Positions 9,442 to 19,015 of a stretch of DNA of 64,000 nucleotides are shown here, one piece after another. A program made the position numbers and the translations under genes. Origin of the DNA: an uncultured Candidatus Saccharibacteria bacterium (GTDB lineage: Bacteria > Patescibacteriota > Minisyncoccia > Phycocordibacterales > UBA918); assembly GCA_964649535.1 (NCBI GenBank), contig CAZYTF010000001.1, positions 1,521 to 65,520 on the forward strand, in the 5' to 3' direction. The notes beneath the pieces are model-generated. The model was not told the DNA's origin. It made no database searches and worked only from the letters and a program-made list of their open reading frames with translations. Numbering within the stretch: position 1 is the stretch's first letter; each line of letters opens with the position of its first letter.

Positions 9442-10080
9442 ATGGAAGAACAAATCGCAATCATCATCGCACTTATAATATCAATCGTGCTTCATGAAAT
9501 GGCACACGGCTATGCAGCCAATGCGCTAGGTGACCCAACTGCCCGACTGCAGGGCCGACTTTCACCTAATCCGCTTGTACACATTGATCCCCTTGGTTCA
9601 GTTATTATTCCTGGATTTCTTATACTTGCGGGATCAGGAATTTTGTTTGGTTGGGCAAAACCAGTTCCGTATAATCCGTATAACTTACGAAATAGGAAAT
9701 GGGGTGAAGCGCTTGTTGCAGCGGCAGGTCCAGCCACAAACTTCCTCCTCGCCTTTATTTTTGCAATGATTATTCGTTCTGCAGATATGCTAGGACTTTC
9801 GGCATCGTTTGTTGAGCTTGCAAAATATATCGTGTACATCAACATTCTTCTCGCTTGTTTTAACCTTATTCCATTTCCTCCACTTGATGGGTCAAAGATT
9901 TTTCCAGCTTTGTTACCCTTTAGTGCTCAAATGCAATACCAGCGCTTCGTGAAGACTATCGAGGGATATGGATTTCTAGTTACTTTTATATTTATATTTA
10001 TATTTATAAACCTACTTTGGGGACCATTTTCTTTAATCCTGGGGAATATTTTCGAACTATTCACAGGGATGCGATTTTAA
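9442..10080 (+). CDS. site-2 protease (M50) family
   Basis: HEMAH, AAAGPATN, FNLIPFPPLDGSK. Confidence 0.92.
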   Translation: MEEQIAIIIALIISIVLHEMAHGYAANALGDPTARLQGRLSPNPLVHIDPLGSVIIPGFLILAGSGILFGWAKPVPYNPYNLRNRKWGEALVAAAGPATNFLLAFIFAMIIRSADMLGLSASFVELAKYIVYINILLACFNLIPFPPLDGSKIFPALLPFSAQMQYQRFVKTIEGYGFLVTFIFIFIFINLLWGPFSLILGNIFELFTGMRF

Positions 10081-10279
10081 TTAGTTAAAAACGCTGCTGC
10101 AACGTATGTAATTCGGTCATATAAAATTAAGGCATCTTGCGTATCACTCGCAGAGGGTGTGCAGGCCCCTCCTTGTTTGGAGTCGCTTCTGGGCTACATG
10201 CCTATCTGTGATGCACGCCGGTCAACACTGGCTTTTTTTCTTGCAAAAATAACTATATATAGTATTGTAGGCGAGCTTT

Positions 10280-10690
10280 ATGGCAACAATAAATCAATTA
10301 ACAAAACGAAGTCGAAAAGACAAATCAACTAAGTCAAAGGTTGGTGCGCTTCAAGCGGGTTTTAACTCAATTAAAAACCGTACAAACGAATACAACTCTC
10401 CGTTCAAACGAGGAGTGTGTACTCGAGTGACTACAAAGACTCCACGTAAGCCGAACTCTGCGATTCGAAAGATTGCACGTGTTCGACTTTCAAACGGTCA
10501 GGAAATCACAGCGTACATCCCAGGTATCGGCCATACTCTACAGGAACACTCTGTTGTGCTTGTGCGAGGAGGACGCGTGAAGGACATTGGTGTGAACTAT
10601 ACTGTTGTACGCGGTAAATACGATGCGACTGGTGTTGATGCTCGACGACAGGGGCGCTCACGTTACGGCGCGAAAATGCCAAAGGAGTAA
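10280..10690 (+). CDS. rpsL: 30S ribosomal protein S12
   Basis: [35 protein letters not shown]. Confidence 0.97.
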   Translation: MATINQLTKRSRKDKSTKSKVGALQAGFNSIKNRTNEYNSPFKRGVCTRVTTKTPRKPNSAIRKIARVRLSNGQEITAYIPGIGHTLQEHSVVLVRGGRVKDIGVNYTVVRGKYDATGVDARRQGRSRYGAKMPKE

Positions 10691-11001
10691 TCCTTTAGAA
10701 AGCAGACCGCTTTCAAACAACATTACAAATAGTTTATATTCGCTACAGATAGTAGACGCGACTCAAGCTCCGGCTTCGGAGTCAAACTATGCGAAGAATG
10801 AAAATATGATTTTGTCATACTTCTCATTTCAATCGCTACTAGCTAGCAATTACAGCAGGGTGCAGCGACAGTCAAAGTTTGAGATTTTTTAATCTCTTAC
10901 AGAGACTGTATACCTTGTCGACATTTTTTAAAAAATATCAGGCAAGGTCTTGCGAAAGTCCCATGGACTTTCTCACGCTCCGCTTTTAACAAAAATAAGT
11001 C

Positions 11002-11475
11002 ATGCGACGACCAATTAAAAAACGAAACGTTGTACAGCCTGACATCAAGTTCGGTTCAGTAGACGTTGAACGACTCATCAACTACGTGATGCTTCGCGGA
11101 CAAAAGGAAACTGCACGAAAGATTGTGTATTCTGCGTTTGAAGAAATTAAAAATGCAAAGGAAGGCGGCGGCGACCCACTTGAAATCTTTGAGACAGCAC
11201 TTAAAAATGCTGGACCACAGATGGAGGTACGTTCACGACGTGTTGGTGGTGCAAACTACCAGGTTCCTCGTGAAGTTCGCCCAGAGCGACGTCATGCACT
11301 AGCGCTTCGATGGATTATCGCAGCAGCTCGTGGACACAAGGGAATCCCAATGCACAAAGCGCTTTCCAACGAACTTATGCTTGCAGCTAAGGAAGAAGGA
11401 AATGCAGTGAAGAAGAAGGAGGATACGCACAAGATGGCTGAAGCCAACCGTGCGTTCGCACACTTTGCCTGGTAA
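11002..11475 (+). CDS. rpsG: 30S ribosomal protein S7
   Basis: [28 protein letters not shown]. Confidence 0.97.
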   Translation: MRRPIKKRNVVQPDIKFGSVDVERLINYVMLRGQKETARKIVYSAFEEIKNAKEGGGDPLEIFETALKNAGPQMEVRSRRVGGANYQVPREVRPERRHALALRWIIAAARGHKGIPMHKALSNELMLAAKEEGNAVKKKEDTHKMAEANRAFAHFAW

Positions 11476-11480
11476 CAGAC

Positions 11481-11592
11481 ATTTTCTTTGCGATACTGCG
11501 TTAAATGGCCCGAAAATTTGTTCACCGTACGTTACGTACGGCTCACAAATTTTCGGGCTTTTTGACTTGTGACCTAATTTTCAAAGAGCAAA
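11481..11592. repeat. palindromic REP/MITE-like element, copy A
   Basis: ctgcgtt..gcccgaaaatttg-ttcaccgtac-gtta-cgtacggctca-caaattttcgggc..acttg; same scaffold as 31498..31620. Confidence 0.6.
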
Positions 11593-11713
11593 GCGTTTAT
11601 GAAAATAGAAATGCCCTTGTGGTGCTGCCTTTGAAAAACTCAGTTACCATGTTTGCAATTTTTGCTTAAATTAGGCATGCTAGCAATAGTTTGGCATAAG
11701 GGAGAAGAGTATA

Positions 11714-12529
11714 ATGGATGATACCGAAGTCTTCAGATTATCTTTCTTGTTTCCTCATGAAACCAGAGAACAGTTCCCCACAATTACACTTACCTTCAAG
11801 GAGTCACTTTTAAAACCCTTGTTGGAATGGTTTGAAAAAAGAAACACGCATTCTGAATTTTTAGCAGCAACTAAAAAATACCTGGCTGATGATGCCGAAT
11901 TCCAAGAATTGGAAGCAGATTTGTTTGGCAATTCATCGTTTGGATATGGTCGTACTGTTTCTGTCATGATAAGTGGTGATCAGATCACTCTAGGAATCAT
12001 GATAATGAGTAGTAAATACAGTCAGCATTCGGGTCTCATGCTGCATTATATTCTGAACTTTCTCCAAGGCAACCATGAGCCAGCAATGTTTTTGAGTAAT
12101 AGAAAGCAACGCATAAGTCTCTACACCGCAGCTTCGCTAGGGGAAGTTCGGAAAGCTCATGCAGTCGCAGGTTTTATAGGTAAAGAGGTAATCAAGTGGC
12201 TTAGCACTTACACTGAGTCTAGTCCAGATGGAATGCCGTTGCCTGCAGTTGTACGAGATGCGATGCAGAATTCGTGGCACTTCTGTTCCATGAGCCATGA
12301 AGGTCAAGCTATGCCTGATGAATGTCGAGCTTTAGTGACTGGAGATGGACGGTTCTTTTTTGGTTGTTTTGGAGACGCTACGGACTTGGCTATCTATCCA
12401 GATTTAGATTACCAAAAAGGACGCGAGTTCGCAGAGTTTAGTTGTCATAATTTGGATGCCGCTGAACAACAATTGGCGCTCGTGTCTGGCTTAGCTATGT
12501 TGTATAGATTGGTAGAAGAAGATGCTTGA
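11714..12529 (+). CDS. hypothetical protein
   Basis: 271-aa ORF with AAGGGAG SD and terminator aaggcagtct-ctca-agactgcctttt. Confidence 0.75.
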   Translation: MDDTEVFRLSFLFPHETREQFPTITLTFKESLLKPLLEWFEKRNTHSEFLAATKKYLADDAEFQELEADLFGNSSFGYGRTVSVMISGDQITLGIMIMSSKYSQHSGLMLHYILNFLQGNHEPAMFLSNRKQRISLYTAASLGEVRKAHAVAGFIGKEVIKWLSTYTESSPDGMPLPAVVRDAMQNSWHFCSMSHEGQAMPDECRALVTGDGRFFFGCFGDATDLAIYPDLDYQKGREFAEFSCHNLDAAEQQLALVSGLAMLYRLVEEDA

Positions 12530-12585
12530 AGGCAGTCTCTCAAGACTGCCTTTTCTTTTTGCATTAATATCGTACTATTCAACCC

Positions 12586-13020
12586 ATGAACATCACTTTT
12601 ATCGGCATGAGTGGAGCAGGGAAGAGCTATACAGGGAAACGCTATGCGCGGGAGCATGAGATGGATTTTATTGATATCGACAAGGAGATGGAACAAGAGT
12701 ACGGGAAGCCACTGCAGGACATTCTCGATGAACTCGGCGATAAAGTTTTTTTACAAAAGCAGGAGGAACAAGTGCTCGCACTTGAAGGTCTCGATAACAC
12801 TGTCATCTCTCCCGGCGGAAGCGTCGTCTACACAGAACGAGCGATGGAGTTCCTGAAAGCAAACTCAAAAATCATCTACCTCGACGTACCACTTACCGTC
12901 ATCAAAAGTCGCATCAACACAACTAGTCGAGGAATTGTAGGGATTCAAGATAAGACGTTCAACGAACTTTACAAAGAACGTATAAAACTCTACAAAAAAT
13001 GGGCAGATGAGACAGGGTAG
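12586..13020 (+). CDS. shikimate kinase-like P-loop kinase
   Basis: IGMSGAGKS, DID, VISPGGS, ERIKLYKKWAD. Confidence 0.8.
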   Translation: MNITFIGMSGAGKSYTGKRYAREHEMDFIDIDKEMEQEYGKPLQDILDELGDKVFLQKQEEQVLALEGLDNTVISPGGSVVYTERAMEFLKANSKIIYLDVPLTVIKSRINTTSRGIVGIQDKTFNELYKERIKLYKKWADETG

Positions 13021-13292
13021 AATTATTTTACTAAACAAAAGTCTACACGTGATATGCAGTACCACATTACTTTTTCCAGTACTACGAGCAGTTCGTTTGA
13101 ACTTCATGCAATAGTATTGCTCAGAAAGCAGCAGATTGAGAAGGGTGAAGGAACATATACGTAATCACTGAAATTATATTCTCGAATGACAAAATTTTTT
13201 CTAACTAAACGAAGGAATTTTGTACTCTGGCAACTACCGAGAATTCTTTAGAGGCTAGCCGAAGAAAATGATTAGTATTGTAAGATATAAAT

Positions 13293-13601
13293 ATGAAAAA
13301 AATTTCAATGCACCTACACGAAATACCATTTCGAGCTATCGAACGTGGTGAGAAAAAAATTGAAGTTCGGTTGTTTGATGAAAAACGGCAGGCTATTTCT
13401 GTAGGTGATGTTATTGAGTTTTTGTTGCGACCAGACAATACTAAGAAAATAGAAAAAAAGATTGTCGCACTACATCGATTCCCTACATTTGCTGATTTTT
13501 ATAATGTATACCCAGCAGAGTTAAGTATCTCAGATGCTCGCGATTACTATTCATCAGAAGATGAACAAAGGTATGGTGTGCTTGCTGTTGAACTTGGATA
13601 A
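13293..13601 (+). CDS. ASCH (PUA-like) domain protein
   Basis: PF..I..GEKKIEVRLFDEKRQ.I.VGD.I.F and YS.EDEQRYGVLAVEL. Confidence 0.85.
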   Translation: MKKISMHLHEIPFRAIERGEKKIEVRLFDEKRQAISVGDVIEFLLRPDNTKKIEKKIVALHRFPTFADFYNVYPAELSISDARDYYSSEDEQRYGVLAVELG

Positions 13602-13699
13602 AAAAACCTCGTTTGTGTAGCTGACAGGGGAGTCATTACTGGACAATAAAATTTGCTTGATTTAGTTTGAACTTTCAAAACATAAACATAAAAAGTTGG

Positions 13700-14737
13700 T
13701 TACTGGTATGTTGTGTTGAGTGATTCAATTCCTTTTACGAGTCCTAAAAATATTTGTTCTTTTGTTTCTTCTGACCATAAGTTGTCAGGTCCTCTTGGGT
13801 CGAGTTTGCGAGAATGTAGTCTTGTTCCGTCCGCTTCGTAGCGCCACCGCTCAAAGGCAGGTCTAATGTCGTTTATAGGCATAGTGATAAGTACCAATTC
13901 ATCAACGTGTGCTTCATGGAGTGCTGTGCTCCGGACACGGTTAAGCTGTCGTTCCTTACGTTCTGTTGCTCCGGTGTTCATTGTAAACTGGATGCCGATA
14001 TGACTTTGTTGTTTTGGCTCGTCAACCTTTACGCCACGTCGTGTATTTGCAACAGTAATAATGAAATCAATTTTGTGCTCGACATCTTCATATACATCGA
14101 CCTCCGCCACTGAAAAAGGCAGGTCCGCATCGAACATTTTCTTTGTTAAAAATGAAAGAAGCATTTTTTCAGCAAGTATGCCTGTTGGCATAGTTTCTAG
14201 ATTAAAATTTACTTCCTCGATGCGCTCATATGTATCACGCTTTCGGTCGTCTGACAGCCTGTTCACTTTTCCGAGCTGCACAAGTTGATTGTCATACTGT
14301 GCTGCCACTATTTTACGTACTTGATTTGACATAATTTTCTTTTGGAACTCTGCGGGGACGGATTGGTCAAATTTCCACCAAAAACCCCACGTATGAGCAG
14401 CTAGTATTTCTCCAATGCTAAGCGTGATTTTGTCACCACCCTTAGTGTGGGTGACAAAGGTGTTGTCGTCACGATATTGTAATTCCCATGCTCCAGGCTG
14501 CTCTTCAAATGCACGCTCTCGTTGGTCGCTTACAGCCTTTACCTCTTTTGACCAAAACTTTTTTCGCCATCTTTTAAGGTTTTTAACAAAATCTAGCTTC
14601 TGTACCTGTAATTCAAGAATGAGGTCGCGAGTGTCTTTATCTACAGTGCGTTCAATAAGTTCAAAAGCTTCTTGATCTCCTATAGTGCCTGCTGATTCCT
14701 GATCTTTCTTAAGATAAGTTTCAAACTTTTCTTTCAT
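13700..14737 (-). CDS. hypothetical protein with putative PD-(D/E)XK-like C-terminal domain
   Basis: GILAEKM...EDVEHKIDFII...IGIQFT pattern. Confidence 0.6.
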   Translation of the reverse strand: MKEKFETYLKKDQESAGTIGDQEAFELIERTVDKDTRDLILELQVQKLDFVKNLKRWRKKFWSKEVKAVSDQRERAFEEQPGAWELQYRDDNTFVTHTKGGDKITLSIGEILAAHTWGFWWKFDQSVPAEFQKKIMSNQVRKIVAAQYDNQLVQLGKVNRLSDDRKRDTYERIEEVNFNLETMPTGILAEKMLLSFLTKKMFDADLPFSVAEVDVYEDVEHKIDFIITVANTRRGVKVDEPKQQSHIGIQFTMNTGATERKERQLNRVRSTALHEAHVDELVLITMPINDIRPAFERWRYEADGTRLHSRKLDPRGPDNLWSEETKEQIFLGLVKGIESLNTTYQ

Positions 14738-14935
14738 ATGAATAGTATACGTTATGGTGGAACGTCTTGATGTAAAAGGATTATTTGTGTTTACACTATA
14801 GTAAAATAAGCCCCATAAAAATAGTTGGGACTCTACTACTTTTGTCTGTTGTCGTGCAAAGAAGTTGCTATGTTCCAGACACGAGCTCTTGTATTGCCAA
14901 CTGGTTTTGCAAGTGTTGATTCGAGTACACTTGCT

Positions 14936-15118
14936 TTACGCAGTTTTTTTCAAAATCTGATTGAGGTTACTCGGGTGGATATCTTTATTGAAATATCCAA
15001 GCAACCAACTGCGTATTTGCAGTTCTCGCAGATTCGGTTGCCGATACAGGACAGTAATTATCATTGAGGTATTCTGCTTGTCATTTAAACCCAGTGCGTC
15101 AAATACAAGGTTGAGCAT
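14936..15118 (-). CDS. small hypothetical protein
   Basis: 60 aa with strong AAGGAGG SD. Confidence 0.45.
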   Translation of the reverse strand: MLNLVFDALGLNDKQNTSMIITVLYRQPNLRELQIRSWLLGYFNKDIHPSNLNQILKKTA

Positions 15119-15186
15119 ATCTCCTCCTTAAAGAGCTTTGGCATTTTCGTTCATAATACCTTTCTTGTCACTATAGCGAAAAATAC

Positions 15187-15762
15187 TTAAAGTGCAATTT
15201 TCTTAAGCATATTTTCTAAAAGTACTTTTGTTTCCTCAATGTTGTATGTATCAGTATCTATACAGACACCGTTGGTTTGTGAATATTTTCTTAAGACATC
15301 AACTTCGTCTTCTGCGGGATTTTGTTCGAGGACTGTGAACGCCTCGCGAGTGATTGGCGTCTTCCCTTGTCGTTCGAGGCGCCCGTTGTAACGAATGAAA
15401 CGTGTGTCGGGGGATGCGTCGATAAAAATAAACATGAGTTTTTCTCCTCGTGCATTAGCAACGTCAGTAAGTGTCTTGAGGTCTACTTTGCGACGATTTC
15501 CCTCGATGACGAGGTGTGGCGCAGCAAGAGCCTTGGCTCTTGCTGCGATTTCTTTTGCAAGCCAATCTTCGCCACGTTCTTCTCTGAGTGTTACAAAGAG
15601 ATTTTGCAGGGTTGTTTTATCAGTTGCGTCTAGTCTGTGTTTTGTAGCGATGTCTGCAAGTATCTCTGAATAGCGCATGTACGCTGCGCCGTATTCACCT
15701 GTAAGTACTTCGGTTACTGTTGTTTTGCCGCTGGCAGTCGGTCCAGCAATTCCAAATAACAT
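15187..15762 (-). CDS. P-loop nucleoside-monophosphate/dephospho-CoA kinase-like protein
   Basis: GIAGPTASGKTT, LVIEGNR, IFIDASPDTRF.R. Confidence 0.75.
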   Translation of the reverse strand: MLFGIAGPTASGKTTVTEVLTGEYGAAYMRYSEILADIATKHRLDATDKTTLQNLFVTLREERGEDWLAKEIAARAKALAAPHLVIEGNRRKVDLKTLTDVANARGEKLMFIFIDASPDTRFIRYNGRLERQGKTPITREAFTVLEQNPAEDEVDVLRKYSQTNGVCIDTDTYNIEETKVLLENMLKKIAL

Positions 15763-15858
15763 AGTATATATATCATAATATAAAAAAATGTCAGAGACGA
15801 CTTTGAAAATATCTCCAAATTTTTATACTTAACACAATTTCTTTTACACTCCTTCTTT

Positions 15859-16869
15859 CTATGAGGGTCGCTTCCCAAACTTTCGTGCAAGTTTGTAGAG
15901 TGCAAAAAGGATTCCAAAAAGAATGGTGAGTTGCACAAAAATAGCATGACCTAAATAGAAAGATACGCTCGCAAGTGTTGCGGTACATAGTGCACTCCAA
16001 ATATTCTTACTTACTAAAATTATTGAATTAAGAAAACTTCCTTCCTTTATTTCCGGCATATCGGGAGTTTCAATTGCAATGCCGTTATTTGTAGTTCTTG
16101 TGATTTGTCCGAACCCATCTTCGTTAACAAAAATTTCTGGGGGAGTGGTTTTTTCGGTCTCTGCTTCCTGACGAACTTCGCGGTAGGTATCTATATTTTG
16201 TTTGGTGGTATTCAAGATGTCCGTAAAGTTTGAAAGTGCAGTATATGCGGGGCTTGGCGTAAGGTATTGTTCAAATCCACGATTTTCTTTAGTTCTGGTT
16301 GCATCGGCGATGCCACCATCGTCGGTGACGTCAGTGTTTGCTTGATTTATGTTGTCTTGTTTTTCATTAAATACGAGTGGATTTGTATTATTTTCTTCTT
16401 CAACAGTGTCACTTATGCCGTCCCCATCATCGTCAATGTCATCTACGTTCCCAACACCATCTTTGTCAGTATCGTAGTCGACAAAAATTATGTCTTCTGC
16501 CAGAGCAGACGTAACTTCCACAGCTTTTGTTGAGGAGCCAACTTTTGAAAGTTCTGTGCGGGAAAGTGAAGCGGAAAGTGTGTGTTCACCATGGTCTGGT
16601 ATCCAATCAGTCCAACTCTCGACAATTCTTCCGTCAAGCGCTGACACTTCCGCCCGCCCTATAACCTTATTATTGTCGTAGAATTCGACACGTCCTGTCA
16701 GGTCCTCTCCTGTGTTGTTGCGAATGGCAACATAAATACGCACTGGTTCATTTGTAAAGATTTTTTCCTGAGAATACCAAAGCCCGTTAATAAGTCCCGC
16801 ATTAAATTCTTGCGCGAACGTACATGGTGTCAGTAGTGTAATGAGTAAAAATAAAAGCACCCACTTCAT
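15859..16869 (-). CDS. surface protein: signal peptide, Ig-like domain, Asp-rich Ca-binding (TSP3-like) repeat, C-terminal TM
   Basis: MKWVLLFLL signal; IYVAIRNN; DTDKDGVGNVDDIDDDGDGISD..E...TNP; hydrophobic tail followed by RKFGKR. Confidence 0.75.
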   Translation of the reverse strand: MKWVLLFLLITLLTPCTFAQEFNAGLINGLWYSQEKIFTNEPVRIYVAIRNNTGEDLTGRVEFYDNNKVIGRAEVSALDGRIVESWTDWIPDHGEHTLSASLSRTELSKVGSSTKAVEVTSALAEDIIFVDYDTDKDGVGNVDDIDDDGDGISDTVEEENNTNPLVFNEKQDNINQANTDVTDDGGIADATRTKENRGFEQYLTPSPAYTALSNFTDILNTTKQNIDTYREVRQEAETEKTTPPEIFVNEDGFGQITRTTNNGIAIETPDMPEIKEGSFLNSIILVSKNIWSALCTATLASVSFYLGHAIFVQLTILFGILFALYKLARKFGKRPS

Positions 16870-16943
16870 AGATGCATTATATCTTATTGTATATATAAAG
16901 TTTGGTCCGGCGCACTATTCGCGCCGGACCGTGTCGGCCGATC

Positions 16944-17330
16944 CTAAACCAGATTAAGGATTCTTTGACTGGCCATGAGGGGACTGATGAATTCCCCGTG
17001 GCAGTCACACCCAATCTCGTGTGCCACATTCTTGGCTTCTTGCGATCCTCTCACATATCCGAGTGCCTCCATGACACCTCCGACAGTGCCGTCAGTGTAG
17101 ATCCCCATGATTTCGAGCTGTTGTGCCATTATCTCGAAAACTGTTTCCGCAACTGGGAGGTCGGCTACTTTTTCTTTTGTCCAGCCTTCAATTCTTTGGA
17201 TTCCTCCAAGATTCTTCATATGAAGTCGTCCGACCACATCGGCTAAATATCTGATCATATCATCCCGGCTTATGCCGGGTATTCCGCTTTCGGCCGCTAA
17301 TGATCCCGTTGGCATCATGTTCATCGACAT
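16944..17330 (-). CDS. hypothetical protein
   Basis: 128 aa, GAGGAG SD, HEIGCDCH possible metal site; hairpin downstream. Confidence 0.65.
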   Translation of the reverse strand: MSMNMMPTGSLAAESGIPGISRDDMIRYLADVVGRLHMKNLGGIQRIEGWTKEKVADLPVAETVFEIMAQQLEIMGIYTDGTVGGVMEALGYVRGSQEAKNVAHEIGCDCHGEFISPLMASQRILNLV

Positions 17331-17489
17331 CTCCTCTTTCTAGGGCATCTGGCTTCCTCCAATGGGGCCAGTCCCAAGGAGGATAGTAGTGCTAGTTTGA
17401 TAAGCTGTCAAATAAATCTGACAAGCTTTTCACTACACAAGGAATGGCAGTTTGATTGCATCGCTCACGTAGTGTAAGCTACGAACCTT

Positions 17490-18968
17490 ATGTCTCAACA
17501 AGGACTTATCTCATTTCATGGTGTTTCGTATGAACACGATGCGACCAAGCCGATTCTCATCGATGCTAATTTTTCTATACGGCGTGGAGCAAAGTTTACA
17601 CTTATGGGCCAAAATGGTGCCGGCAAATCTACACTCTTCGCACTTATCACTGGCACATTAAAGCCAGATGAGGGAGATATTAATATTGCGCCACGCACGA
17701 GTATCGCGGTATCTCGACAAGTCATTCCACGCGATGAGCTCGAACTCACCATGCGAGCTTTTTTTGAAAAGTGTTTCACAGAGAAGATATACGACATTGA
17801 TCCTCGTATTGAGGCGGTGCTTAAGGTGGTAAACCTCTCGCCTGCTAATGCTGAAGTAGCTGCTACATTTAAAGACAGAATCATTGGAAGTTTTTCAGGC
17901 GGCCAACAAGCTCGTCTTTTGTTGGCAAGTGCACTCATTCAGAATCCTGACGTATTACTGCTTGATGAGCCGACAAATAACCTCGACACTGCAGGGATTG
18001 CCCACCTTACAGAATTTTTGAAAGAATATAGAAAGACAGTAATTGTTATTTCCCATGATGCGGATTTTCTCAATGCTTTTACTCATGGTGTGTTGTATCT
18101 CAATGTGCAGAACAGAATCGTAGAACAATATGAGGGTAACTATCACAGCGTATTGAAGGAAATTAAATTGCGTGTAGAAAAGGAGCAGCGAAAAAATGCT
18201 CAGCTTGAGAAGGAAATTCAAGCAAATAAAGATAAATCAAACTTTTTTGCAAATAAGGGAGGTAATATGCGACTCGTCGCTAAACGCATGCGTGAGAAAG
18301 TGGATGAGTATGAAGACAATAAAGTCGATGTGCGTAAGGAGGACAGAACTATTCGTCCCTTTACAATTCCTGTACAAAAAGGCACTCCGCTCAATGTCCT
18401 TCAGCTCAATTCATACAAAGTCATTCGCAATCATAGTCCAAAAGATGTGCCTTGTGATATTACGCTAAAACGCGGACAGCATATGCGAATCATTGGTCCT
18501 AATGGCATTGGGAAGACAACACTTTTAGAATCACTTGCGTCTGGACATGCTGATGGTGAGAAAGTTGCTGACGGGGTTGTGATTGGCTACTATCGACAAG
18601 ATTTTTCAAACCTTGATTTTAATCAAACTGTAGCAGAGTGCCTCATGTCAGTAATGGATAAAAAAATTGAACAAGATATGCGTTCAGCTGCGGCGGGGTT
18701 CCTAATAAATAGCGACATTATTAAAACAAAAATTGGTCTTCTTTCTGAAGGTCAGAAAGGGCTTGTTGCATTTGCGCGATTGGTACTTTTGAAGCCGGGT
18801 CTTTTAATTCTTGATGAGCCGACTAACCACATCAATTTCAGGCATATCCCAGTGATTGCTGAAGCACTCCATACGTTTGAAGGAACGATGATGCTCGTAA
18901 GTCATGTTCCAGAATTTGTCGAACAGGTCAGAATCGATGAGACACTTGATTTAGATAAAAAGAAATAA
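17490..18968 (+). CDS. ABC-F family ATPase
   Basis: Two ABC domains (GQNGAGKST/FSGGQ/LLDEPTNNLD and GPNGIGKTT/LSEGQK/ILDEPTNH), no TM segments. Confidence 0.93.
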   Translation: MSQQGLISFHGVSYEHDATKPILIDANFSIRRGAKFTLMGQNGAGKSTLFALITGTLKPDEGDINIAPRTSIAVSRQVIPRDELELTMRAFFEKCFTEKIYDIDPRIEAVLKVVNLSPANAEVAATFKDRIIGSFSGGQQARLLLASALIQNPDVLLLDEPTNNLDTAGIAHLTEFLKEYRKTVIVISHDADFLNAFTHGVLYLNVQNRIVEQYEGNYHSVLKEIKLRVEKEQRKNAQLEKEIQANKDKSNFFANKGGNMRLVAKRMREKVDEYEDNKVDVRKEDRTIRPFTIPVQKGTPLNVLQLNSYKVIRNHSPKDVPCDITLKRGQHMRIIGPNGIGKTTLLESLASGHADGEKVADGVVIGYYRQDFSNLDFNQTVAECLMSVMDKKIEQDMRSAAAGFLINSDIIKTKIGLLSEGQKGLVAFARLVLLKPGLLILDEPTNHINFRHIPVIAEALHTFEGTMMLVSHVPEFVEQVRIDETLDLDKKK

Positions 18969-19015
18969 ATAAAAATGCCTCGCCCAAAATTGGGCGAGGT
19001 CTTTTTTTGAATTGG

